Assembly (NCBI RefSeq): GCF_008831285.2
Contig: NC_045138.2
Span: 28,210,001 to 28,274,000, forward strand
DNA length: 64,000 bases
Origin: Nymphaea colorata
Taxonomy: Eukaryota
Reading direction: 5' to 3'
Below, in pieces: positions 26,796-38,056 of this stretch. Numbering within the stretch: position 1 is the stretch's first letter; each line of letters begins with the position of its first letter. The notes under the pieces are model-generated. The model searched no databases, had not been told where the DNA came from, and saw only the letters and a list, made by a program, of their open reading frames with translations. Position numbers and translations under genes: made by a program.

Positions 26796-28939
26796 ATGGC
26801 TGCTCCGGCGTTATTCCTGTTCGTCCTGATCACCGTGGGATTCAACGTCTGCGCCGACGCCGGCAGAATCCGTCAGGTGGTGCCGCAGGCCGTCCACCCG
26901 GCCGAGGACGGAGCCGATTCCGGCGACGGGATGTTCTGCCCCAGCTGGCACTTCGCCGTCGAGACGAACGACGCCGGCTTCTGGGCGACCGTCCCTTCGA
27001 GGTGCGTAGGGTACGTCAAGCAGTACCTGACGGGTGGAAGGTACGAATCGGACTCCGCGATGGTGTCATTCAAGGCAGCAGAGTTCGCCCGGGGCGTGGA
27101 GATCGCCGGCGACGGTAAGGACGCTTGGGTCTTCGACATTGACGAGACGCTCCTCTCCAACCTGCCCTACTACGCTGCGAATGGCTTCGGGTAATCTCTC
27201 CCTCTAGCGAATAACGGAATATGCCCTGTGTAAACAGAGGGAAAGGATCTCCGGCGATCTCTCTGGAAAACCGGGAAAAAATCTCCACCGGGGGCGCCGC
27301 CTGTCGTTATCTCGAGTTCACTTATTTGCCTGTCTCGTGGTACTAAATCACAGAAATGCCCTTGTGCACCAACGGAGGCCACCGGTTTACCGAGGCTTTA
27401 TCTTCCCGGATTTTTCTTTTCCCCTCTTTCTCGTGTGAGCCAGAGGAACAAAACCTCGCTGGATGGCCCAACAGGGTGCACATTTGCCCTTCTCTCGAAC
27501 GGGGGAGATGAGTGGTTGCATTTCGTTTCCACTTATCATTGGTTATTAGACCTTCTTTCACTGAAACTCATGGTGTAGTTTGACACCAAGAATATTTTGT
27601 GAGTGTCCTTTCGATCTGCCCTGCCCCTAAGAAAACCATGGTAATTTATCTGTATAGGCTGCTTTTGTTGAAATGACTAGCAAATATGAAACTTTAAAGC
27701 GTGTGCATTTAATCGAATTGGGGATAAGGGATGAGTTCTCTCTCAGCAAGTAACCACGAGCGTGGCACTTTCCCCTTGTTCTATCCAAACACGCTAAATC
27801 TGGTTCATGTCTTCCCCAAATTCAGATCGGAGGCTTTTAATGAGGCAACTTTTGACGAATGGGCGGACGAAGGGATTGCACCAGCACTGCCGGAGAGTCT
27901 GAAGCTTTACAAAGTGCTCAAAAGTTTGGGATTTGAACTCTTCTTGTTGACGGGGCGCAGTGAGCCCCAGAGGAACGTCACAGTATCGAACCTCTTATTT
28001 GCTGGATATGACTCTTGGAACAGGCTGATCCTAAGGTACGTGCGCTCATAATACTATTGGCGTTTTACGTTGTTGGGGAGGCCACCTTTACGAAGTCACA
28101 TTAATTTAAACCGTGGTTGATATATATATATATATGCTCCACTTATGTTATGCCCCTGTATTCTCAAGCCTAAAGACTACTTAATGATAATATACCGGTA
28201 TAATTAGCTTCGACACATTTTTGTGTTAGTAATACTAAAAAAAAAAAAAAGAATTGTTAACCATACAATTCAAAGTGATTTCAAACTATGTTTTTTTAAT
28301 CATGTTTAATTTTTTTAGGGCTTCAAGTTTCGGTTTGATGACTAAGTTTTCGGTTTTATATGCCTTTGGTTTTTCTTCTTATGCATGGAAAAGATGAAAC
28401 TCAAAACTCGTGGCTTATTAGATAAGCTAAGTGGAATGATCTATTAAACCATTTTGGTCATTCAATCACTTGATCGATGGCTTTGGAACACGGAATGTGG
28501 TCATATATACAACTTGTCTATACAATGTGTGTGTGTGTGTGTGTGTGTGCTCTTGTATATGTTTAGCAGTACTTCATCCAGTGAATCATGAAAAGTTTGT
28601 TATATTACATTATGCAAAACAACGTGTTTAAGTTCCGAACTATCGACATTTTTTTCACATGATCAACAAGAAATTGATATATATATATATATGTTCGTTA
28701 AACCATCTTAACATGGTTGGTTCAGAACTGTAATTTGTTTGTGAAATCTTTGATGATTCAGAGCAAAGGAGGATCAAGGGAAGCCTGCTATACTTTATAA
28801 ATCGGAGAGGAGATTGGAGATGGAAAAGGAAGGCTATCGGATCCATGGGAGCTCCGGGGACCAATGGAGTGATCTGTTAGGTTTCGCCATAGCTACGCGA
28901 TCATTCAAGCTTCCAAATCCGATGTACTACATTCCATAA
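26796..28939 (+). CDS. Acid phosphatase 1-like (HAD IIIB), copy 2
   Basis: Exons 26796-27190, 27826-28035, 28762-28939, with the same intron positions as copy 1. Motifs WVFDIDETLLSNLPYY, LLTGR and GDQWSDLLG...RSFKLPNPMYYIP*. TATA-like TATAAG at ~26732. Confidence 0.95.
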
Positions 28940-29817
28940 CACTCTACCTTCTTATCTTTGCGTGTGCACCAACGTTCATTCCTCTTTGGGTTGTGCAGAA
29001 GCAAAACATCATTCATCCTGATTTTTTTGTTTTGTGCTTCTAATTAATTGAAGGGAGAGATGAGAAGGAACAAAACTCCGTGTCACACTGGTGCTCGTAA
29101 ATGGTTGATGCTGGTGCTTTTTCAACAGATCATGTCCTCTGCGCGGCCACTAATTGTTTTGAATGCGCAACTAACTAAGCTAGCTATAATACCGAAAGTT
29201 TGTAATCATTAAAATGTAAATACAAAAAATAGGCCTATTAAAAGTTTACATTATATATATATATATATATATATATATACTAGGACTATTAAACAGTTAT
29301 ACATATAATATATGCCCTTGCCTAAAAGAATCGCTGCAGCTCGGCAAAAGGGCCACCTTTTCATGGTGCGATCTGTGGCATCAGATGTTGAATTAGTGGC
29401 AGCTAGTCCTCAAATGATTGTATTTATTATTGGCTTCTTAAACGACACTTTCGAACTTTTGCTTTCTTCATTTAACTACAGAAACTGTCATGGGGACATA
29501 GCTTTCTCAGTTTTTATAAGTCTCTTGTGGAAATGTGTGCCTTGACTTGAAATCTTTGGGATGTCCATGAAAAAATTGATGCTCTAATGGCATCTTATAC
29601 AATCCCAGCGTAAGCTAGAGAAACTTTATGGGTAACTCCAAGATTTATAAGATAAAGAAAATTTACAGGTGTGTTATGAATCAAATTTTGCTTCATTATT
29701 TCTCTAGACCACACAAATTATGTTATAGTTTTGTGTGGTTGGTCGAATATGATTTCAAGTCACACGAGGAATGACGCTAATAAGATTTTCATGCTGCCAA
29801 TACTCCTCTCATATGTT

Positions 29818-30158
29818 TAGGAATGTAAACAGTTCTAACTTGGGTACTTGAATCCAGCCATTCACTGAGTTTGACTCAATAGGATCTTATGTAAACGGAA
29901 TCAGATTCAGAATCAGTAAGGACACAATTTTTTTTTAGAGAAAAGCCCAGCTCTGATCTCAATGACATAAGATTCGCCATTTATATGTAATCAGGCCACA
30001 GCTTTTTCAATCTCAATCAGATACCGGGTTCTGTACAAGGAATCCCAATTAGATTGATTGGTAATCCGATCCTTGTTTCAATACTATCAGTCCCAGTCCA
30101 ACGAAATGGATTTGAATTTAGATAGCAACTAGAAACTTTGGATCCATTTACATCCTTA
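29818..30158. mobile_element. MITE-like element with TAGGAATGTAAA / TTTACATCCTTA TIRs
   Basis: Imperfect 12-bp TIRs. The flanks CATATGTT / CTATGTT resemble an 8-bp TSD (hAT-like). Confidence 0.6.
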
Positions 30159-30234
30159 CTATGTTATTTGCTTTATTGGGGATGTCCCCCAATGAAAAAA
30201 CATCAAAAATTAATCATTCATGACGCATTGACAC

Positions 30235-30265
<31 letters not shown>

Positions 30266-33200
30266 CTTGATGGAAAACACGCCAAATATATAAAAGTATA
30301 AAAATTGAAGAAAAAAGTTAAAGCCATAAAATGTGTAGGAAGGTTTGTCTTGCATGAATATAGAGGATTTATTAACACCACGAGATCTCATGGTTTTTCT
30401 TTAAATGGATCGGTTAAACATGCAAATCTGATGTCCCAGCGGCACCTCGAAAAGCAAAAATAGATGTAATATTATTGCGCCACTTCCAAACAAGCAAGCA
30501 GCATCTTGAATTTATTGCCACTTTCTGGTGATAAATTTGTAAAGAGATGAGATCACCTAACTAAACCCGCGATAAAATCACCAACTTTTCGAGACTCCTT
30601 TTAAATGCCCTAAATATTTTAAAGGAATCCTCTGATGTTGTTTTTTTCTTTTAGTCATCCTTTATTCTTCTTACATGTCTTCCTCAACCGCTGCAAGTTT
30701 TATTTCTGACATTTCTTTCATCCTATCCGTTTGTTATTGACGGTGCGGCAGTAATTTCTTTTCTCCTATCCGTTTATTTCTACTATTCAAAAACTTCAGT
30801 TATGACTTGATCCAAGGCCTTGCATTTTTCACCTCCCAAATAAATAAATCTCCATATGTTAATGAAAAAGAAGACAATTTGTTTGTTTTCATTAAAATAA
30901 ATTAAGTTAAATCGCGAGGCCGTTGGGAGTGAGAGAAGAAGTATTTCATTCCATCGCTCACAATAAGCGCTAAAGCCCTCCATTTCACCCGTTATCACGA
31001 GGATCCAGAACTGGGTCGGTGTCCGATTTATATCTAATACATAATACATCATCGATTAGCTTATCATAACCACTCCATTGACACTTATGTACAATGCTCA
31101 TGAGAATCGAACTAACGAAGCCCGGTCGAGCAAACCTCAAACTCCCAAAGCACAAAAACAATGAACTCCATGCAATCCATTTGATTTTTAATATAGTAGA
31201 TTGCCAATTTAATGATGGTGGTAGGGAAGAAAAAGGTCCATGCAGTTTCAATGGGGATGAAAAAGTTGGAGGGTTGTTCATAAAAGTGTAGTAGTAAATG
31301 CACCTACTTGGAAATAAATGCGGAAGAGATAGAGAAGAGCAGCATTCATGCCGAGGGACAAGTCATGTCCCTCCCAGCTTGGATCCTTCGTCTCCCTCCC
31401 AACACACTGCCCTGCTTTTTAGCTGGACCTTTTCATGACGGCACATGCAGTCCAGGTAGTACTGCCTGCTTGACCACGACAACTAAGCCATAAAATATAC
31501 AATTCATAAAATCCAAAGATTCACTTATTTGATAAATTTGACACATTATGCAATTGGTGGCAACCAAATATTGTCGGGGTTTCTTCCAACTCATCAAATT
31601 TGAGAAGAGCGTAACAATGAGATTTTTTTTGGTGAGCAGGAGGTTAACAATTTACTACGGCCCAGTCGTCACCCTTCCTCTTCTAAATTCTCCTTGCCTC
31701 CAAGGTCATGGGCTAGGTCGAGGACCTGGGTGAAGTATGATACACCTGCCAAAAAGTATCTGGTATACTATCTGTCTGACCAGCTATACTATGTCTCTTG
31801 AAGTGTAAGAACAAGACTTTTACGAATTTATCATTATGAGCTCAACAACTACTTCCACCATACTATGTGCTTGTTCTAGTTCCATACACATCCATTTTCT
31901 CGAAGCAGCTGAGAAACCAACCAACCCGCTATCCTGTTTCGGTTCCATTTTTGCATATTAATCTTTAGAGAAATTTGTAACTGTTTGACATATTTATGAA
32001 TAACTGACTTAATGTTTGAGAAACTATAATGAAGCCTGCTTCTATTTATAAAATAATTGACGAACACAATTTTCAGGAGTGTAACTTAATCAAATGTGTA
32101 AAAGACTACTTTACCGTTTAAAAAAGCATAATGTCTTGAAAAAATTATGAATCACATTTTCCAAGTGGATTCTCTGTAACTTTCACACTCTCATTCTACT
32201 TTTCGCCTTTAGAATCAGGCTCAGACGAAAACGTGAAAAGATCCACAAAAACGTGAACTCTGAAAACTCTCCTTCTCAAAGTATATAATTGTAAAATAAT
32301 AGTTCTAAGTATATGCTAATATGTTCATTGGTGAAGCATGTCTTGTTTTTAATTTTTCAAACATCTTTTTTTTTTTTAATAATTCTTGTGATCTTTATCA
32401 CAGGGTAGGGACGGCTGGCATTATGGACCACGAGAGACCGATTTCCGGTCCCCCATCCTTGTGAGCCACCCGATCCAAAAGGGAAAAAAAAAAAAAGCAC
32501 TGCCGTTTTCCACCACATGAGCAGAACCCACATGCTAGTGATTTTTTAATTATTTTTCAAATTAAAGATGGAGCTCAGTCTAGTTGGAACCGGATCGTTG
32601 TTGGACAGAACCATTATCCGATCTGGATCTGGAACTGAACCCATACTGCTACCGGGATCATAAACCAGGTATACCCAAGACAGGGAACACCAATTTGGTA
32701 AGCTATGTAATTGATTTTTTTATGCAGACTCATGCAGTATCTTAAAAAGTATTTATGAATCTGCTTAAACTTTTAGATAAATTTATGACATACTTTAAAC
32801 TTTTGTACTTGTCAAAGGAACTGCTTGGTAACAGTAACAAGATACAAATTAGGTTTCATTTACGTGGCGTGGTTAAAAGAAAAAAGAAAATCAAAATTTA
32901 AACACATTTTAGTTTATTTCATCGAAACTTGAACATGTTTTTTGAAAAATTGTCAATCTTTTTTTACACACAACTACACTACAAGAACCGGGAAGACGGG
33001 TTCTTCAGTTTCATTAAAAAAACAAATAAACAGATAAAATAAAATAAATTCTGTCACACAGCAATTGCCCAAGGCAGAACGCATTACCAGCAGAGGAGGG
33101 TGGAAGATCTGATGAAAGGGACCTTACGTCATTTGCAATAACTTCTCTCACCTAATCACAGCTGCCGCCATTAATCACTAACATGTTCTTGGTTTTTTTT

Positions 33201-34317
33201 TCCTTCTCTCTCTCTCTCTCTTTTATTATCTCCACAGATCTTTCACAGCTTTCCTGACAACAGGAGCCCTACATCATTTGTCCCACCAGGCTATGAATGG
33301 ATTATATTCAGATCGGACCATGACAATTTTTGGATCTTGCTGTGTTTGATTCGGAATCAGAATCTGATTTGGACATAGAAAATAGAAAACAGTATCTGAT
33401 TTTTTATATCTAATCTAACTGGGCGAAATATATACCACATTGGCATCCTATTACTAATAAGATGTATGAATTTTCTCATTGGATCCAATTACTTGGAGGA
33501 TTCTCATCAAGTATAAGGTTTACTACCTTGTAGCTTCCTCTTTTGTTCCCTTAGCTTTTACTCTTGCGCTCACACACTTGTGTTCTTCATTTATTGTTCA
33601 CATACCAAGGAGAACAGATAAATGGTAAACACGTACACAGAGCATTAATACATCTTGCATGTGAATCTCTTTACTCCAGAAGTGAACCTCCAAATTTGTA
33701 CTCTATACATGTTAGAGAGAGAGAGAGAGAGGTGCCCCCAAGTTTCAATTCGTCCGGTGTGCATAACTCTAAAAACCACTAGATGGTCAAAAACATTTCA
33801 TAAATGTGATCTTAATATTATGTAGTCAAGCAAGTCTCGAATCGCATAATCTCAACGTGGAAGAAGGAAAATAAACTGCACCAAAATCAGTAACTGTAAA
33901 CTTGCTCCTTCTCTGATAAGTTGCAATGCCAGTTTAAAACTTGATTAGATAGGAACTGCTAAGTTGGTCGTTCGGTCGTATGATGATACCATCAATATCA
34001 TACTAGTTTAAGATGGAATCATAATATGGCTAATGGCATCATCTTTCTCTAAACCATGCTACACTGTTGGAAAGCTGCTGAATCTTTGGGTTGTGTTTTT
34101 TTGTTCATTACGTTAATTGGGCTTCTAAGGTCAGATCAGGTTAAGAAAAGGACTGCCTATAATAAGAAATTGAAAGAGAGAGGGAGGGAGATCCTAAGCA
34201 TTAACAGCTTTTCCTCTGTGATTTTCTATTTGGGTAAATTCTCCAACGACAGGTGACCTCAATAGTAATGGAAAGCAGTAAAAGAGAAAAGTAAACCCCT
34301 CTGAACTGCTTGGTCGT

Positions 34318-34321
<4 letters not shown>

Positions 34322-34354
<33 letters not shown>
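34322..34354. repeat. (GA)n microsatellite downstream of the LRR gene
   Basis: Directly visible in the sequence. Confidence 0.97.
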
Positions 34355-34359
<5 letters not shown>

Positions 34360-34509
34360 AGAAATAGTTACAGATTTTCCACTGTTACATCTATTTAGTT
34401 AAGTTCACCAATCAGAAACAATAAATCATTAATAGTACAAAGCAGTGAAGAGGAAGAGGAAAAAAAAAACGCTTTCTTTTTACCAGAAGACAACTGCTTC
34501 GTTGTGCTT

Positions 34510-35706
34510 TCATGGAGAAGGAAAGCTGGGTGGCAGGAAGTTGGAGACCAAATTCATTGCTGGCTCCTCCAACAAAGGCCTGCAAAGGAAAGGCTTGGGA
34601 GAAGGAATCCTGATGCAGTTCAGCCCTCCCTGAAAACCAGAACACTCAGGCTCAGGCCTCTGCATCATTCTCCCTGGAATGCAGTTCCCAGATAGATCGA
34701 ACCCCACATTCTTGATCACCAACCTCGAGCATTGGTTACTAATTCCAGAGAAGAAGTTGTAGGCAACAGTCAGATTAGCCAAGCTGCTCAGTGAGCAGAG
34801 TATATCAGGAAGTATTCCAGAGAACTCGTTGTGAGCGATATTGAACACCTCGATCCCTGACAAACAAGTGAGAGAGTCAGGAAGCTCCCCACTGAGCGAA
34901 TTGTAGCTCAAGTCTAAGACCATCATCTGCGACAAAAATCCGACTCCTTCGGGTATGCACCCGGTTAGCTGGTTGTTCATAAACAGAATCTCTTTTAGCC
35001 TGGAACCGACGTAACCAAAACTTGTTGGTAGGTTCCCACTGAACTTGTTATTCGCCAAGGTGATGACAGAAGCAGGGGAGTTCCCTAAACTCATTGGTAT
35101 CTGACCTTCAAACTCATTGTTGTTCAGAAAGATTGCATCGAGATTCATACCAAATAGTTCATCAGGAATCCCGCCATTGAATTGGTTGTACCTCAAATCC
35201 AAGTAGATCAAGCTTGGCAAACGCAGAATGACGGCCGGAAATGGTCCTGATAACAGGTTGTTGCTGAGATCAAGCTCTGACAAATAGACCAACGCAGAGA
35301 ACGAGTCGGGAACGGCGCCAGAGAACCTGTTGGAGTTGAGGTGAAGGATTGAGAGGTCTGGGAGGTACGAGAGCTCCTTCACCAAGGAGCCCTCAAGGTA
35401 GCCATGGTTGAGATCAATGCTGGCAACCACCGGACCGGAGACCATGTCCAGCGAGTCTGAGCAGAAGATTCCCTTGTAAGAACAGACGTTTGGGCCTACC
35501 CATGTTGCTGTGATGCCAAATGGGTCTCTTGTGATTGCAGACTTCCATGCCTGCAGAGCCAAGTACGCATCGTAGAGCCTGGAACTAGAGAAGCCAGGGG
35601 GAGATTGAGTAATGATTCCACCTAGGATGCCTCCATTGGCAAGAGAAGAGCAGAAGAGATGGAAGTGGAGGAAGAAGCAGAGGAGCCAACTCTTCTTCTT
35701 CACCAT
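34510..35706 (-). CDS. Secreted leucine-rich repeat protein, LRX/At4g06744-like (LRR plus Cys-rich region, no extensin tail)
   Basis: Intronless 398-aa ORF with a signal peptide, AYLALQAWKSAITRDP...WVGPNVCSYKGIFC cap, VASIDLNH, HLNSNRFSG, ELDLSNN, LDLRYNQF, LDAIFLNNN and C-terminal NCIPGRMMQRPEPEC. Confidence 0.93.
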   Translation of the reverse strand: MVKKKSWLLCFFLHFHLFCSSLANGGILGGIITQSPPGFSSSRLYDAYLALQAWKSAITRDPFGITATWVGPNVCSYKGIFCSDSLDMVSGPVVASIDLNHGYLEGSLVKELSYLPDLSILHLNSNRFSGAVPDSFSALVYLSELDLSNNLLSGPFPAVILRLPSLIYLDLRYNQFNGGIPDELFGMNLDAIFLNNNEFEGQIPMSLGNSPASVITLANNKFSGNLPTSFGYVGSRLKEILFMNNQLTGCIPEGVGFLSQMMVLDLSYNSLSGELPDSLTCLSGIEVFNIAHNEFSGILPDILCSLSSLANLTVAYNFFSGISNQCSRLVIKNVGFDLSGNCIPGRMMQRPEPECSGFQGGLNCIRIPSPKPFLCRPLLEEPAMNLVSNFLPPSFPSP

Positions 35707-36939
35707 CTGGTCAAGAAAGGAATGAGGGAGAGAGAGAGGGAGAGGGAAGAGGGAGGTTGTGCCATGTAAATATAAGCAAGCGCCAACTTCTTGGCCTCAA
35801 TCCCACAAAAGGGTCTTAGGCTTCTGAATTTCCTGGCATGGGCCTTACTTTCTTGTGGGAGGCTGGAGCTGTCAAACCCGAGCAGGTGATTGCTTTGGAA
35901 TCTTTACAGAATTAACAGGCGCCATACCCAAAAAATAAAAGGTAAAACGCGGTTATTTAGAAAATGAGAAAAGATACTGTCTCTCAAAGAAATTTTTTCT
36001 TGAAGAACTTAATGGGAAGGGTTGCGGGGAAGATCTATATAAATGTGTTCCTGCAGAATATTAAATGGGACGTATGAGAGCCCAGAAAAGTTCAAACCTT
36101 TAAAAAAATATATAAGAATTCCAACAAGTCTCCCAAGACTGCTGAAAGAGTCGTTTCTTAGATCCGCCAGCAGGAACAAGGGCGAGGAATTTGCTTTCGG
36201 GGTTCTTTTCTGTAAACTGTAGACAAACTGTTTTTATCTTTTCTTCTCTCAAGTAAATGACAAGTTGGTGATGCGTTGCGCTCATTAATTCGGTGGCCAC
36301 CGGACAAAACAGCAATCCGGCAGTTGCAAGAACCACAGGGAAGCCCAAGTTGGCGGACCCCAAAATTAAGGGCACACCCATTTCATCTCTCTCTCTCTCT
36401 CTCTCTCTCAAAGTTCAGGATTTTATTTTAAGGCACTGGAAGCCATTGGCCTTTTATTTCCTTGATTTCCCTTTTTACATATTCAAATAAGATCACTCAG
36501 GACTAATCATTTTGTTAAACAAACTTTGTAGACCATACATGTCAACTTCTTTTGATAATTTAATAATTTAACCTAATCATGAGCAGACGCCATGAAGCAC
36601 ATGAAATTTCATTGGTGCACACAGGAAAAGAGGTTCTCCAAATGCATATATGTATAAATATATATAAATAGTAAGTAAATGGTAACTCTGGCTATTCAAA
36701 GTCACCCAACTTTCATACCATGATGATGCAAACAAATATGTAAACTAATATTAGATGACGAAAATATTATTCAGTTTTTTTTTCCTCTCAACCATCTATT
36801 ACGATAAATCAGACAGTCCTCATGAATAAGCCGGGTACCAATCCGAGTAAATGGGAGGGAACCTTATCGCCCATGTAAGCGGTAGAAACCCTTAAAAAAA
36901 GACTTTTTCGTGTGCCCCCATAATCCAAAGTTGCCGAAA

Positions 36940-37340
36940 AAACGGATATGAATAAAAATTTAATATCCGATTAAGAAATCGGATCGGATTTGGATTTAAT
37001 AAATGACATCCGATCGGATTCGGATATACATGAATATCGGGTTGGATTCGGATTCGAATTCGGATTGGATTCAGTTTTAGACAAATATTCTCTATCTAAT
37101 GCTTGAAAAATGACAAAATTCGGTTCAAAATTCGGATTCGGATATAAATATAAAAATCAGATTCGAATTGGATTCGAATTGTAAAATCGGATTTTGGATT
37201 CGGATTCGAATATGACTTTGCTTTGTCCAAATTTGAATCCAAATTCAATTGTCCAAATTCGAATCCAAATATATGAACATCCGAAAAAACAAATATAGTT
37301 GAAGATGTATTCAATCCAATCCAATCCTTTGAAATCCGTT
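36940..37340. mobile_element. GGATTC-rich MITE-like repeat
   Basis: Many TCGGATTCGGAT/GAATCC units. Shares ATCCGATTAAGAAATCGGATCGGATTTGGATTTAA-like text with 26090-26130. Confidence 0.6.
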
Positions 37341-37452
37341 AAGTGATGTTAAGTTATTTCTTTAAACTGACAAGAGTGTTTGAAATGACTCTCACTTGTC
37401 CGCCAGCTGGTCAATATATATACAGAGTCTGTATATTTGTACAGACAGGCCT

Positions 37453-37793
37453 CCAACTTTTTCTTGGACTTCCCGTCGACGAATTTCCTTATCTCGTTCT
37501 TGCCCAAATTGGAGCAATGGCGCAGCATCTCGGAGATCGCTCCCGATATCGGCATCTGTCTCGCATTTCCCGGACCCTCCACTGGTTCAAAAGCGGTTCG
37601 GCTGTGCATATCATCTCGAAAGTTCCGAGTCGACGATGCGCTCCTGGACTCGCTGGCGAAGAACCCGCGCACTGCCGCCCGAAAGTTGGCGTCGGCGATG
37701 AAGGGCTACAACGAGCTGCACATGTACGGCTCTACTGTATCACTTTACGATCGGATGGTTTCCTGTGAGATCAAACCGGATTTTCTTTGTTAC
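37453..37793 (+). pseudogene. Inverted internal fragment of the PPR gene at 54976-56829
   Basis: Reverse-complement match to ~56137-56477. It has 12 amino-acid changes in 113 residues (four to Pro) and lacks both the PPR N-terminus and C-terminus. Confidence 0.93.
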
Positions 37794-38056
37794 GACTCTA
37801 CTGTATCACTTTTCGACCGTTTCGGTCGATTCCGGAATAATAGGGCCCGGTCGCGTATCGCTACCTCTTCCCTCACGTGCCTCTCGCAGCCGCAACCCTC
37901 TTCGTCCTCAACAAAAGAGGAGAACAATCTCTTCCCCCTTCTCTCTCTCTCCCCTGCAACTCTCTTTCTCTCTCTCTCTCCGATCCAAGATAACCCCTCA
38001 ATATCCGTGTCCGAAATGTAAGTCTTTCTTTGTCTCTCTGTCTCTCTCTCGCTGGG

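Noticed and set aside
33241..33262. TTTCACAGCTTTCCTGAC resembles miR396
   Set aside because: Several mismatches and no complementary star arm nearby.
37437..38021. 194-aa ORF as a novel chimeric gene
   Set aside because: It has no ATG at the listed start and consists of the decayed PPR fragment running into CT-rich leader-like sequence.
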